The notes beneath the pieces were generated by a model. It was not told where the DNA came from, made no database searches, and saw nothing but the letters and a program-made list of their open reading frames with translations. The position numbers were made by a program, and so were the translations under genes. From sequence record NC_019411.1: a stretch of 64,000 nucleotides of DNA, one strand, 5' to 3'. Shown here piece by piece: positions 52,387 through 59,953 of this stretch. Within the stretch, counting starts at the first letter, position 1, and the number at the start of each line of letters is the position of its first letter.

Positions 52387-52772
52387 GCTTCGTCTATCTT
52401 GCGATCCCCTACACCTCCCAACTGGAGGACGAGGCCGAAGCCAAGGCCGAGCGTGACGCCCGGATGGTCGAGTTCTGGAAGGCCGCCGCCTTCCTGATCG
52501 ATCGCGGCGATCACGTTGTCTCGCCCATGACCTTGGAGCCGGCCCTGGTCGCCGTGCCCGACATGCCCTACCGCTGGGAGCACTGGAAGGAATACTCGAT
52601 CAAGATGATCGGGATTTCATCGAAGCTGGTGGTCCTGCAACTGCCCGGCTGGTCGACCAGCCGGGGTGTCATCGGCGAGATGCACGCGGCGGGACAAGCC
52701 GGCATCGAGATCGAGTTCCTGACCCTTCAGACGGTCGCGACGTGGTTGAGCACCAGGGAGATTGAAGCGTGA
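52383..52772 (+). CDS. DUF1937/DUF4406-like protein (nucleoside 2-deoxyribosyltransferase-like fold)
   Basis: VYLAIPYT...V.SP...W...I.....LVVLQLPGW..S.GV..E...A...GI.I. Confidence 0.75.
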   Translation: MSFVYLAIPYTSQLEDEAEAKAERDARMVEFWKAAAFLIDRGDHVVSPMTLEPALVAVPDMPYRWEHWKEYSIKMIGISSKLVVLQLPGWSTSRGVIGEMHAAGQAGIEIEFLTLQTVATWLSTREIEA

Positions 52773-53224
52773 TCCAGTTCCTCAAGGACATCACGGGCAT
52801 CACCGCGCGCGCCGAAGCCCTGGAGCGCGCAAAAGCCAAGGCCCTGCATGCCGACCGGCTGGCCCAGGCGCGCAAGGTCGGGGAATTTCAGGTGGTGCAG
52901 GAAGACCGCAAACTCTTCCACTATCAACTGTTTCTCACCCCCTCCACGCTCGACGGGTCTTGGTTTTACCTGGGGAGCTACGGCCACATCTGTAGCCGGG
53001 TCAACGCCCACTCCTTCTCGTCTCTGGAAGAGGCCAAGGCGGCGGGCGCGGCGGCGGGCGCTCAATGCCGCGAGCGCATCTCCGGCGAGATGGAGCGCCA
53101 GCAGCAGTTCCGCAACATCTACGCCCCGCCGGAGTTCCTGGCCAAATCCGTCAACGCCTTCAAGTCGAGTGAGGACCTGCTGATCGAGGTCGCTCAGGCG
53201 GTGTCCCAGAGGTACCAGCGATGA
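52769..53224 (+). CDS. Hypothetical protein
   Basis: GTGA overlap. Confidence 0.65.
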   Translation: MIQFLKDITGITARAEALERAKAKALHADRLAQARKVGEFQVVQEDRKLFHYQLFLTPSTLDGSWFYLGSYGHICSRVNAHSFSSLEEAKAAGAAAGAQCRERISGEMERQQQFRNIYAPPEFLAKSVNAFKSSEDLLIEVAQAVSQRYQR

Positions 53225-53487
53225 GCGGCGTTGACCTGAAGTTCGACACGCTCGCCGACGCCGAGATGGCGGTCGCCCAGGCGCTCTATGAGCACTGGGT
53301 GCGGAGCGAGCGCGCTCGTCATGTAACCTGGAACCTCCCCGGCTGGGTCGAGCCGCCCGCCTGGGCGGACATGAACTGGACCGAGCGCACCCACTGGCTG
53401 GTCGAGGCCGGCCTCGTCGTCGACTGCCTGCTCGAATTCGTCAAGAACAATCCCGGCGCCTATGGAGAGAGCCATGAACCGTCGTGA
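53221..53487 (+). CDS. Hypothetical protein
   Basis: ATGA overlap. Confidence 0.65.
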   Translation: MSGVDLKFDTLADAEMAVAQALYEHWVRSERARHVTWNLPGWVEPPAWADMNWTERTHWLVEAGLVVDCLLEFVKNNPGAYGESHEPS

Positions 53488-54094
53488 ACTGATCCTGGGC
53501 GCCGGCGCGGTCGTCGCGGCCTCGGCCCTGCCGAGCGTGGTCGAGGCCGCGCGCATAAAGCCCATTCGACGCTTGCTCCTGGAGAGCGGCTTCGTCCAGC
53601 ACGAGACCTTCGCCACCTCCTGGATGGCGACCTGGACGGAAGACTCCCACGCCTCGCGGCATGCCGAGGTCGTGCGCGCCTGGATCGACGAAACGGTCCA
53701 GAGCGGCTATCTCAAGTGCGGCGGCGAGACCCTCATCCTCGATAAGCACGTGCGGCTTCCGCAGGTGGACTTCACGATCTCGCCGGCCGACAAGGTCTGG
53801 TCGCACTGGTCGGGCTGGGTCGAGGAGGAGGGGCTGAAGGTCGTCGTGCGCGTGCTCGCGTCCGATCCCCAGGTCGATGCGACCTTCGATCCGGTCTATC
53901 TGATGAAGACCCGTTGGCAGGCCGACGGGACCCAGGCCCCGGAGGAGACCCGCTACCTCGTCCGCCGCCCGCTTCTGCGCTACCACGAGGAGCGCGAGCT
54001 TCGCTACGCCCTCGGGGACACCGCCGGCTACTCGCCGAACTCGTTGGTCGAGTTCGACAATAGCTGGCTCCTGGATATGGCGAAGACCGCATGA
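53474..54094 (+). CDS. Protein with twin-arginine (Tat)-like signal peptide
   Basis: MNRRELILGAGAVVAASALPSVVEAA. Confidence 0.65.
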   Translation: MNRRELILGAGAVVAASALPSVVEAARIKPIRRLLLESGFVQHETFATSWMATWTEDSHASRHAEVVRAWIDETVQSGYLKCGGETLILDKHVRLPQVDFTISPADKVWSHWSGWVEEEGLKVVVRVLASDPQVDATFDPVYLMKTRWQADGTQAPEETRYLVRRPLLRYHEERELRYALGDTAGYSPNSLVEFDNSWLLDMAKTA

Positions 54095-54594
54095 TCCGCT
54101 CGACCGGAGAAGCGCCCGAGACCCGCGCCGGCCGTCTTGCCGAGGGCTATGCCGTGCAGAAAGCCGCGATCAAGAAGCTGCTGGACAGTCCGCCCGAGGT
54201 GGTGAACGCCCATTGGCAGCACCTGAGCGCGATGATCTGGGCGCACTGTGATCTGCGGGTCCTCGGGGAGTGGCAGGAACGGCCGGTCCGGGGCTGGATC
54301 GCCGAGCACATCAACGCCCCGTTCGACATCTGCCTTTCCCAGGACGGGAACGGCCGCACGATCAGCGATACTGATCTGGCGATCTCGATGATCTCCAATC
54401 TGCTCCCGACGGCCTCGATCGAAATTCGAAAGTGGCCTCCCGGCGGAATCCAAATGCCCTGGGAGTTGAAGCTGGACACGCGCTTCAGCGCCGGCCGCCA
54501 CCAGGGCCTTCTCTGGGGTTTCGGCCACAACATCGCCCAGGCCGCTTGGCGCGCCTATTTCAGCTACGTCAACAAGGAGCCCACCGATGTCTGA
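54091..54594 (+). CDS. Hypothetical protein
   Basis: ATGA overlap. Confidence 0.7.
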   Translation: MIRSTGEAPETRAGRLAEGYAVQKAAIKKLLDSPPEVVNAHWQHLSAMIWAHCDLRVLGEWQERPVRGWIAEHINAPFDICLSQDGNGRTISDTDLAISMISNLLPTASIEIRKWPPGGIQMPWELKLDTRFSAGRHQGLLWGFGHNIAQAAWRAYFSYVNKEPTDV

Positions 54595-54805
54595 CGTCTT
54601 CGACGAGGTCGAGCGCCGCCTGAACCGCCGGCGTCCTGGCTTCTGGATTCACAAGGTCGCCATCGCGATCATCGTGGTGATCGGCCTGTTGGTCGTCGCC
54701 GGCGCCGCCGTCCAGGTCTTCAACCCGACCCTGGCTGTCCAGTGGCAGGCCAAGCAGGACGCGGCCTATGACCGCGCCTACGAAGAAGCCCGGCGGGCCG
54801 AGTGA
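54587..54805 (+). CDS. Small single-pass membrane protein
   Basis: AAGGAG SD; one TM helix. Confidence 0.7.
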   Translation: MSDVFDEVERRLNRRRPGFWIHKVAIAIIVVIGLLVVAGAAVQVFNPTLAVQWQAKQDAAYDRAYEEARRAE

Positions 54806-55296
54806 TGGCGATCTTCGCGCCTGAATACACCTGGGAGGCGATCGGCACCGATGTCGCCGTTGGCCTGACCGAGGCGGTGATCCGGGGCGAGGCCGCGCCG
54901 GTCTGCGTCGGCTCCTCGCTGCACGCCATGGAATTCCACGTCATCTGGCGCGGCGATCTCTACCGGGCCTTCACCGGCATGGGGAGCGATCCCGACTGGA
55001 CCTGCGCCGAGAAGGGCGTGCGGGTCCCCCATCCGCTGGACGGCAAGAAGATCGACGAGATCGAGAAGGACCGGCATCGCGACGAGGAACGCTACCGCCG
55101 CGAGATCGAGACCATGCCCGGCCGGCACCTCTACATCTGCCGTAAGACCGATGACCTCCAGGACATCCTCGCCCGCATCCCGATGGACCTGCGGATGCGC
55201 CACGAGATGTCGAACATGATCACCCTCCTGGCCCGGATGATGCTGGTCCAGAACTCCACCCGCACGCTTTCCCGCTCCAAACTCGACCGGTTCTGA
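54805..55296 (+). CDS. Hypothetical protein
   Basis: TGATG overlap. Confidence 0.7.
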   Translation: MAIFAPEYTWEAIGTDVAVGLTEAVIRGEAAPVCVGSSLHAMEFHVIWRGDLYRAFTGMGSDPDWTCAEKGVRVPHPLDGKKIDEIEKDRHRDEERYRREIETMPGRHLYICRKTDDLQDILARIPMDLRMRHEMSNMITLLARMMLVQNSTRTLSRSKLDRF

Positions 55297-55297
55297 C

Positions 55298-55819
55298 ATG
55301 ACCACCCAACGCCTCGATTTCTCCAGCGACGTCAACTGGCCCCCGAAGGTCGACTTCGATCTCAAGAAGCTGCGCTACGACGTGGCGGTCGAAATCCTGG
55401 AGACCCTGTGGCCCAAGCACCGCCACGACAAGCGCCACGACCTGTCGCTGCTGGGCTCGCTCTGCAAGGTCAAGTTCGGCGCGGCGGGCTTCAAGGCCGA
55501 CGACATCAAGGAGCAGACCCTGGCGGTCATGCGCACGCTCGAAGCGGCCAACTTCGTGCGCAACGACGGCGGCGACTGGCACCTGACGGCGACCGGGGCG
55601 ATCTGGGTCCTGGTGGCCCGGACCGCGCCCTCGGGCTGGGCGACCGAGAGCGCCCTGCTCCACCACATCGAACTGGCGACCTTCCCCGCCGCCGAGATCA
55701 TCTGGGCGGTCGAGTCCTGCCCCTATTTCCACGTCCGCAAGGGAAGCCTGTTCGACGACAAGGTCTTCGATCTCCAGGCCTACCAGCAGCCGCTCGATGG
55801 ATGGAACGGATGGCGCTGA
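55298..55819 (+). CDS. Winged-helix-like protein
   Basis: TL.VMRTLE...FV.....WHLTATG. Confidence 0.6.
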   Translation: MTTQRLDFSSDVNWPPKVDFDLKKLRYDVAVEILETLWPKHRHDKRHDLSLLGSLCKVKFGAAGFKADDIKEQTLAVMRTLEAANFVRNDGGDWHLTATGAIWVLVARTAPSGWATESALLHHIELATFPAAEIIWAVESCPYFHVRKGSLFDDKVFDLQAYQQPLDGWNGWR

Positions 55820-56346
55820 CCCCCGAGGCCTGGGACAGCCTGATTCTCGACCTGCGGACCGCCGCCGAGGACAAGGACCGCGAGGCCTGGGACGACGCCG
55901 TCCAGGCTCTGGAAGCCGCCTTCGATGAGCATGTCGAGGGACCGCTGGAGAGCCATCCCAACACCCTGGCCTGGAAGAAGAGCCTCGAAGAGAAGACGCG
56001 GTTCATGGCCGGCTGGCGCCACTGGGGCGGCGGGGCGCGCGACGTCCCCGACGCCTACCGGGGCGACCCGCACTTCAACCGGGGCCGGGCCGGCGCGGCG
56101 ATCGCCCAGGACATGAGCGCCGTGAAGGACCTTGACGCGTGTCACCATCCGGTCAAGCATCGGATCGCCGGCGGGGATAATCAGGTCCTGCCGCGCCACC
56201 CGGCCGTCTACGGCTCCTACGCGGTCGAAATCTGCCGCCTCTGCCGGGGGTGGACCCTGGTTCAGCACGGGACGCCCCGGTGGCGTCCTGGTCCGTACTA
56301 TGACGCCTACGAGAAGGCGACGCGCGAGGAAGAGGAGCGCTGCTGA
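55810..56346 (+). CDS. Hypothetical protein (MALTPEAW...)
   Basis: Overlap coupling; C-terminal C.H...C..C. Confidence 0.7.
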   Translation: MALTPEAWDSLILDLRTAAEDKDREAWDDAVQALEAAFDEHVEGPLESHPNTLAWKKSLEEKTRFMAGWRHWGGGARDVPDAYRGDPHFNRGRAGAAIAQDMSAVKDLDACHHPVKHRIAGGDNQVLPRHPAVYGSYAVEICRLCRGWTLVQHGTPRWRPGPYYDAYEKATREEEERC

Positions 56347-57041
56347 TGCTCTATGTGTTCGGGGATATCCACGGCCGCCTCGACCTCCTGGAGAAGGCGC
56401 GACACGAAATCCGTGTACGCGGCGACTGCACGCAGATGATCTTCCTCGGGGACTATGTCGATCGCGGTCCCGAGAGCAAGGGCGTCGTCGAGGCCGTGAT
56501 GGCGCTTCAGGCCCAGGGCGAGATCGCCCTGATGGGCAACCACGAGGAAATGATGCTGATCGCCTGTCAGATCAAGTCCTACAACGCCATGTCCAAGCTC
56601 TGGGTGTCGAACGGCGGCAAGCAGACCCTGAAGTCCTACGGGGCCGGCGACAATGCCTGGAACGCCAAATGGGACCTGATCCCCCAGGAGCACGTCGACT
56701 GGCTGGCGCGGCTCAAGCCGATCCACGAGACGCCGGGGCGGGTGTTCGTCCACGCGGGCCTCGCGCCGGGGGTGGCGATCAAGATGCAGGAGGAGGAACA
56801 CCTTCTCTGGATCAGGGACAAGTTCCTCAACGCCTCGGCCGACCAGTTCGAAAAGCACGTCGTCCACGGCCACACCCACACCCATGCGCGCAAGAAGATC
56901 GAAGAGCCCGAGCTTCTCGCGCATCGGACCAACCTCGACACCGGGGCCTTCTACACGGGCGTCCTGGCCGTCGGGGTGTTCGACCCGGACGGCTACGGCG
57001 GACCCGAGGAGGTGCTGTTGATCCGCGAGGACGACGCATGA
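56346..57041 (+). CDS. Calcineurin-like metallophosphoesterase (Ser/Thr protein phosphatase PphA type)
   Basis: GDIHG, LGDYVDRG, LMGNHE, FVHAG, VVHGHT, NLDTGA. Confidence 0.93.
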   Translation: MLYVFGDIHGRLDLLEKARHEIRVRGDCTQMIFLGDYVDRGPESKGVVEAVMALQAQGEIALMGNHEEMMLIACQIKSYNAMSKLWVSNGGKQTLKSYGAGDNAWNAKWDLIPQEHVDWLARLKPIHETPGRVFVHAGLAPGVAIKMQEEEHLLWIRDKFLNASADQFEKHVVHGHTHTHARKKIEEPELLAHRTNLDTGAFYTGVLAVGVFDPDGYGGPEEVLLIREDDA

Positions 57042-57622
57042 TCCCCGACTTCGTCCAGAAGGCTCGCAAGCTCCTGGGCCTCTATGGGGACAAGCCGAAG
57101 GTCAAGCCGGTCGATCCCGCCGCGCCGCTGGGCGGGGCGATCGTCGGCCAGGGCTTCGGCTTCCCAGTCCCGCAGGTCCCTTCCGGGAGCAGCCACGGTG
57201 CCTTGGGCGGCCCTGGCGGCGGATCGATCCACACCGGCTCGGGTCGCGGCGTCATCATGATGGGGGCAGGCGGTGGCGGCTCGGCCCAAATCCTGGTCTA
57301 TAACGGCGCGACGACGACGTGGGCGCCAATGCCCGAGGCCGTGGTCAAGACGGTCGAGAAGCCCAAGACGCGGCCGGGTCTGACGGCGGGAGAGGACGAG
57401 GTCATCACGACCATGGTTCGCTATGGCGATGTCGAACTGGTCCTGGAGCGCGACCGCAGGTTCGCCTTCGTCCGTTTCGGCCTGGAGCTTGCCTATCCCC
57501 GCGTCTCGGGCCGGATGCTCAAGTCCTTGATCAAGAAGGGCTATCTGAAAGCTATCGAGCATGACGAGATGGGCGGGCCGCAGGTGGTGGTGGTCGTGGC
57601 GGGCAAGGTCGCGGTCTGCTGA
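57038..57622 (+). CDS. Hypothetical protein with Gly-rich centre
   Basis: ATGA overlap; C-terminal VSGRMLKSLIKKGYL. Confidence 0.65.
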   Translation: MIPDFVQKARKLLGLYGDKPKVKPVDPAAPLGGAIVGQGFGFPVPQVPSGSSHGALGGPGGGSIHTGSGRGVIMMGAGGGGSAQILVYNGATTTWAPMPEAVVKTVEKPKTRPGLTAGEDEVITTMVRYGDVELVLERDRRFAFVRFGLELAYPRVSGRMLKSLIKKGYLKAIEHDEMGGPQVVVVVAGKVAVC

Positions 57623-57628
57623 ATTTTG

Positions 57629-57693
57629 TTGGCGTTAGAACGTTGACAGCCTCGGCGTGATGTCATAAAAGCCTCCTCGACGACAACGAGGAG
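57629..57693 (+). promoter_or_regulatory. Promoter cassette P20
   Basis: TTGGC-9-TTGACA-17-TAAAAG-7-GACGACAACGAGGAGG-ATG. Confidence 0.9.
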
Positions 57694-57699
57694 GCCCAC

Positions 57700-58119
57700 A
57701 TGGCTTACGCAATTCCGGACCTGAGCACGTTCACGTTCCACGACCCCAAGGTCGAACGGTTCGCCAAGGCGATGATCTCGACGATCGAGACTGCTCAGAC
57801 CATCCTCACGGCCTTCGCCAACGATCTCGCCGACAATCCTCTTCAGGCGTTCGAGCATAGCTACGGCGCCAAGATGGCCGCCGCCCACAGGGACGTCGCC
57901 AAGGGGCTGCTCAACGAGGTTCTCGACGCGCTGCTGCACGGTCAGGACAAGACCTGGGCCTACATCGGCCAGGACCTGCGCGAGCGGCTGATGTATCGCG
58001 TGATCTACGCGGCCTCGAACCCGCCGCGCTCGACCAACGTCGAAGGCAACGACATGGCCCGCTTCGTCCTGCGCGCCGAGGCCGACATGCTCGACCGCAT
58101 GACCAAGAGCCGCTTCTGA
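57700..58119 (+). CDS. Hypothetical protein
   Basis: First gene after P20. Confidence 0.8.
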   Translation: MAYAIPDLSTFTFHDPKVERFAKAMISTIETAQTILTAFANDLADNPLQAFEHSYGAKMAAAHRDVAKGLLNEVLDALLHGQDKTWAYIGQDLRERLMYRVIYAASNPPRSTNVEGNDMARFVLRAEADMLDRMTKSRF

Positions 58120-58433
58120 TGCGGATCGTCGACTTCGCGACGTTCGTGACGCTTCCGGCTGGGACCCTCTACCAGGAGATCGACCAGTACGGGAGCCCCA
58201 TCAGCGCCCTGGCGATCCGCCACGACGTGCTGTTCGACGGCGATCGCCCGTTCGACTTCATCTACGAGGAAATCCTCTACCAGACGGCCGACGGCTTCCT
58301 GGGCGACCCGCCGAAGCTGGCCGAGTTGGGGACCAAGCGCTGGGGGCTCTTCGATGACGAGACCCTGTTCATCGTCTACGAGACGCAGGACCGCGCCCGG
58401 CTGGCCAAGATCATCCTGGGAGACGCCGCATGA
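58119..58433 (+). CDS. Hypothetical protein
   Basis: TGATG overlap. Confidence 0.7.
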   Translation: MRIVDFATFVTLPAGTLYQEIDQYGSPISALAIRHDVLFDGDRPFDFIYEEILYQTADGFLGDPPKLAELGTKRWGLFDDETLFIVYETQDRARLAKIILGDAA

Positions 58434-58651
58434 AGCCGCAGACCCAGAGGACCTTCATCCTGTCCGGCGTGGGCTTCTTCCTCGGCTTCCTGCTGGTGTT
58501 TGGCTTCATGAGCGCCACGCAGGCCTCCTACAACCGAGGCTATCGAGACGCCAAGGCCGACACGCGCCGGGACGAGCCGGCATGCTTCGTCACCGAGCGC
58601 TGCTATCTGGGCCAGGACGCCGACGGGCGGTGGTTCATCGAGCCGAAATAG
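58430..58651 (+). CDS. Small membrane-anchored protein
   Basis: N-terminal TM helix; Y.RGY.DAK. Confidence 0.7.
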   Translation: MKPQTQRTFILSGVGFFLGFLLVFGFMSATQASYNRGYRDAKADTRRDEPACFVTERCYLGQDADGRWFIEPK

Positions 58652-58717
58652 TTGGCGTTCAAGTGTTGCCAAAGCTGATCTGATCAGCTAGAACCCTCGC
58701 CGACGACAACGAGGAGG
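58652..58717 (+). promoter_or_regulatory. Promoter cassette P21
   Basis: TTGGC-9-TTGCCA-17-TAGAAC-7-GACGACAACGAGGAGG-ATG; spacer holds IR AGCTGATC-T-GATCAGCT. Confidence 0.88.
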
Positions 58718-58721
58718 CCCC

Positions 58722-58916
58722 ATGCCGCACCTGAGCAAGACGCCGTTCGACTTCGACTTCACCAGTGACGCTTTGGCGGCAACGCTGGAATTCGAGCGCA
58801 ACACGACCGAGTTCTACCGCTACGAGACAGTCTTCACATCCGGTCGTGCGGCAACTCACGTTCTCGTCATGGAAGAAGACGGGAATTTCGTCGGCTTCGT
58901 CTCGGGTGAAGCCTGA
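58722..58916 (+). CDS. Hypothetical protein
   Basis: First gene after P21. Confidence 0.75.
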   Translation: MPHLSKTPFDFDFTSDALAATLEFERNTTEFYRYETVFTSGRAATHVLVMEEDGNFVGFVSGEA

Positions 58917-59284
58917 TGCAGCACCTCGACCCCCGCATCGGCGTCCTGAACTCGGGCGTCTACTACGCCTTCGTCGACGGCTACGACAAGCCCGAGACGC
59001 GCGGCACGCTCGAAGAGGTCGAGATCGCCCTGGGCCTGCGCGCTGCGAAGCCGGCTCCGACCAAGCGCATCGTCGCCGCCCAGCCGGCCGTCAAGACCTA
59101 CTCGGTCCACATGCGGTTCGAATATCCGGGCTGGAGCTATACCGACGGCATCACCTACGAGGGCATGCTCGGTCGCACGAAGGCCGAAGCGATCCGCAAC
59201 GCCCGCGCCCAGGCCTTTGCCGACGGTCACCTCGGCGTCGGCCAGGGTCGTGTGTGGTTCAAGGCCACGGAAGAGGACGCCTAG
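58916..59284 (+). CDS. Hypothetical protein
   Basis: TGATG overlap. Confidence 0.7.
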   Translation: MQHLDPRIGVLNSGVYYAFVDGYDKPETRGTLEEVEIALGLRAAKPAPTKRIVAAQPAVKTYSVHMRFEYPGWSYTDGITYEGMLGRTKAEAIRNARAQAFADGHLGVGQGRVWFKATEEDA

Positions 59285-59518
59285 ATGAGCCGCATCCGTG
59301 TCATCGACCGCGACGGGTTCATGCAGGGCTGGGTCGACGCCCGCGTCGGCCTGCCGACCTATTCCGGCCCCGTCACCCGCTGGACCGAAAAGGGCTCGTT
59401 CTGGACCACCGGCTCGGACGGCGAGGAGCGCCTGTGGAAGGCCGGTAATCACCAGCCCTGCGTCTACAAGAGCAAGCTCCGCAAGAGCGACATCATCCAC
59501 GAGCGACGGGAGGGCTGA
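59285..59518 (+). CDS. Hypothetical protein
   Basis: GAGGA SD. Confidence 0.7.
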   Translation: MSRIRVIDRDGFMQGWVDARVGLPTYSGPVTRWTEKGSFWTTGSDGEERLWKAGNHQPCVYKSKLRKSDIIHERREG

Positions 59519-59519
59519 C

Positions 59520-59837
59520 ATGGGCCTGCTGAGCATCTATCTGACGGGCGCGGCGCTCACCGGCGTGGCGACGGGCGTCTACCTTTTCAAGTTCCGGGCG
59601 CCCGCGACGCATGAGACCTACACCACCACCTGGGGCTATGTCGAAACCGATAACGTCGCCGAGACCGGCAACCACCTGGGGGCCATCCTCCTGATGGCGC
59701 TCTTCTGGTTCGTCATGGTCCCGATGGCGACCGTCATGTTGCTCTGGCACCTCCTGGTCCGCACCGTCGACAAGGCTTGGCGCCGCCGCACGTCGCGCCG
59801 CGAGAAGACGCACGTCGGCACCCATCGCTATCTGTGA
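59520..59837 (+). CDS. Membrane protein
   Basis: Two hydrophobic segments; GGGAGG SD. Confidence 0.7.
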   Translation: MGLLSIYLTGAALTGVATGVYLFKFRAPATHETYTTTWGYVETDNVAETGNHLGAILLMALFWFVMVPMATVMLLWHLLVRTVDKAWRRRTSRREKTHVGTHRYL

Positions 59838-59852
59838 CCGCCGCCAGCCTCG

Positions 59853-59895
59853 CTGGCTTCAGTGTGTTGACGGCGCGTCGATCGCCCGCTAAGAA
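59853..59895 (+). promoter_or_regulatory. Promoter P22 (no GACGACAAC leader)
   Basis: CTGGC-9-TTGACG-17-TAAGAA. Confidence 0.75.
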
Positions 59896-59953
59896 GGGCT
59901 GACGGTCACGCTCTGGCTGCATGAATTTTCAATCCGAAAGGGGCCTTAAGTCC

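Noticed and set aside
17828-59872. TGGC...TTG as sigma54 promoters
   Set aside because: Sigma54 needs TGGC-N7-TTGC; here spacing is N9, the second box is TTGACA, and a normal -10 lies 17-18 nt downstream.
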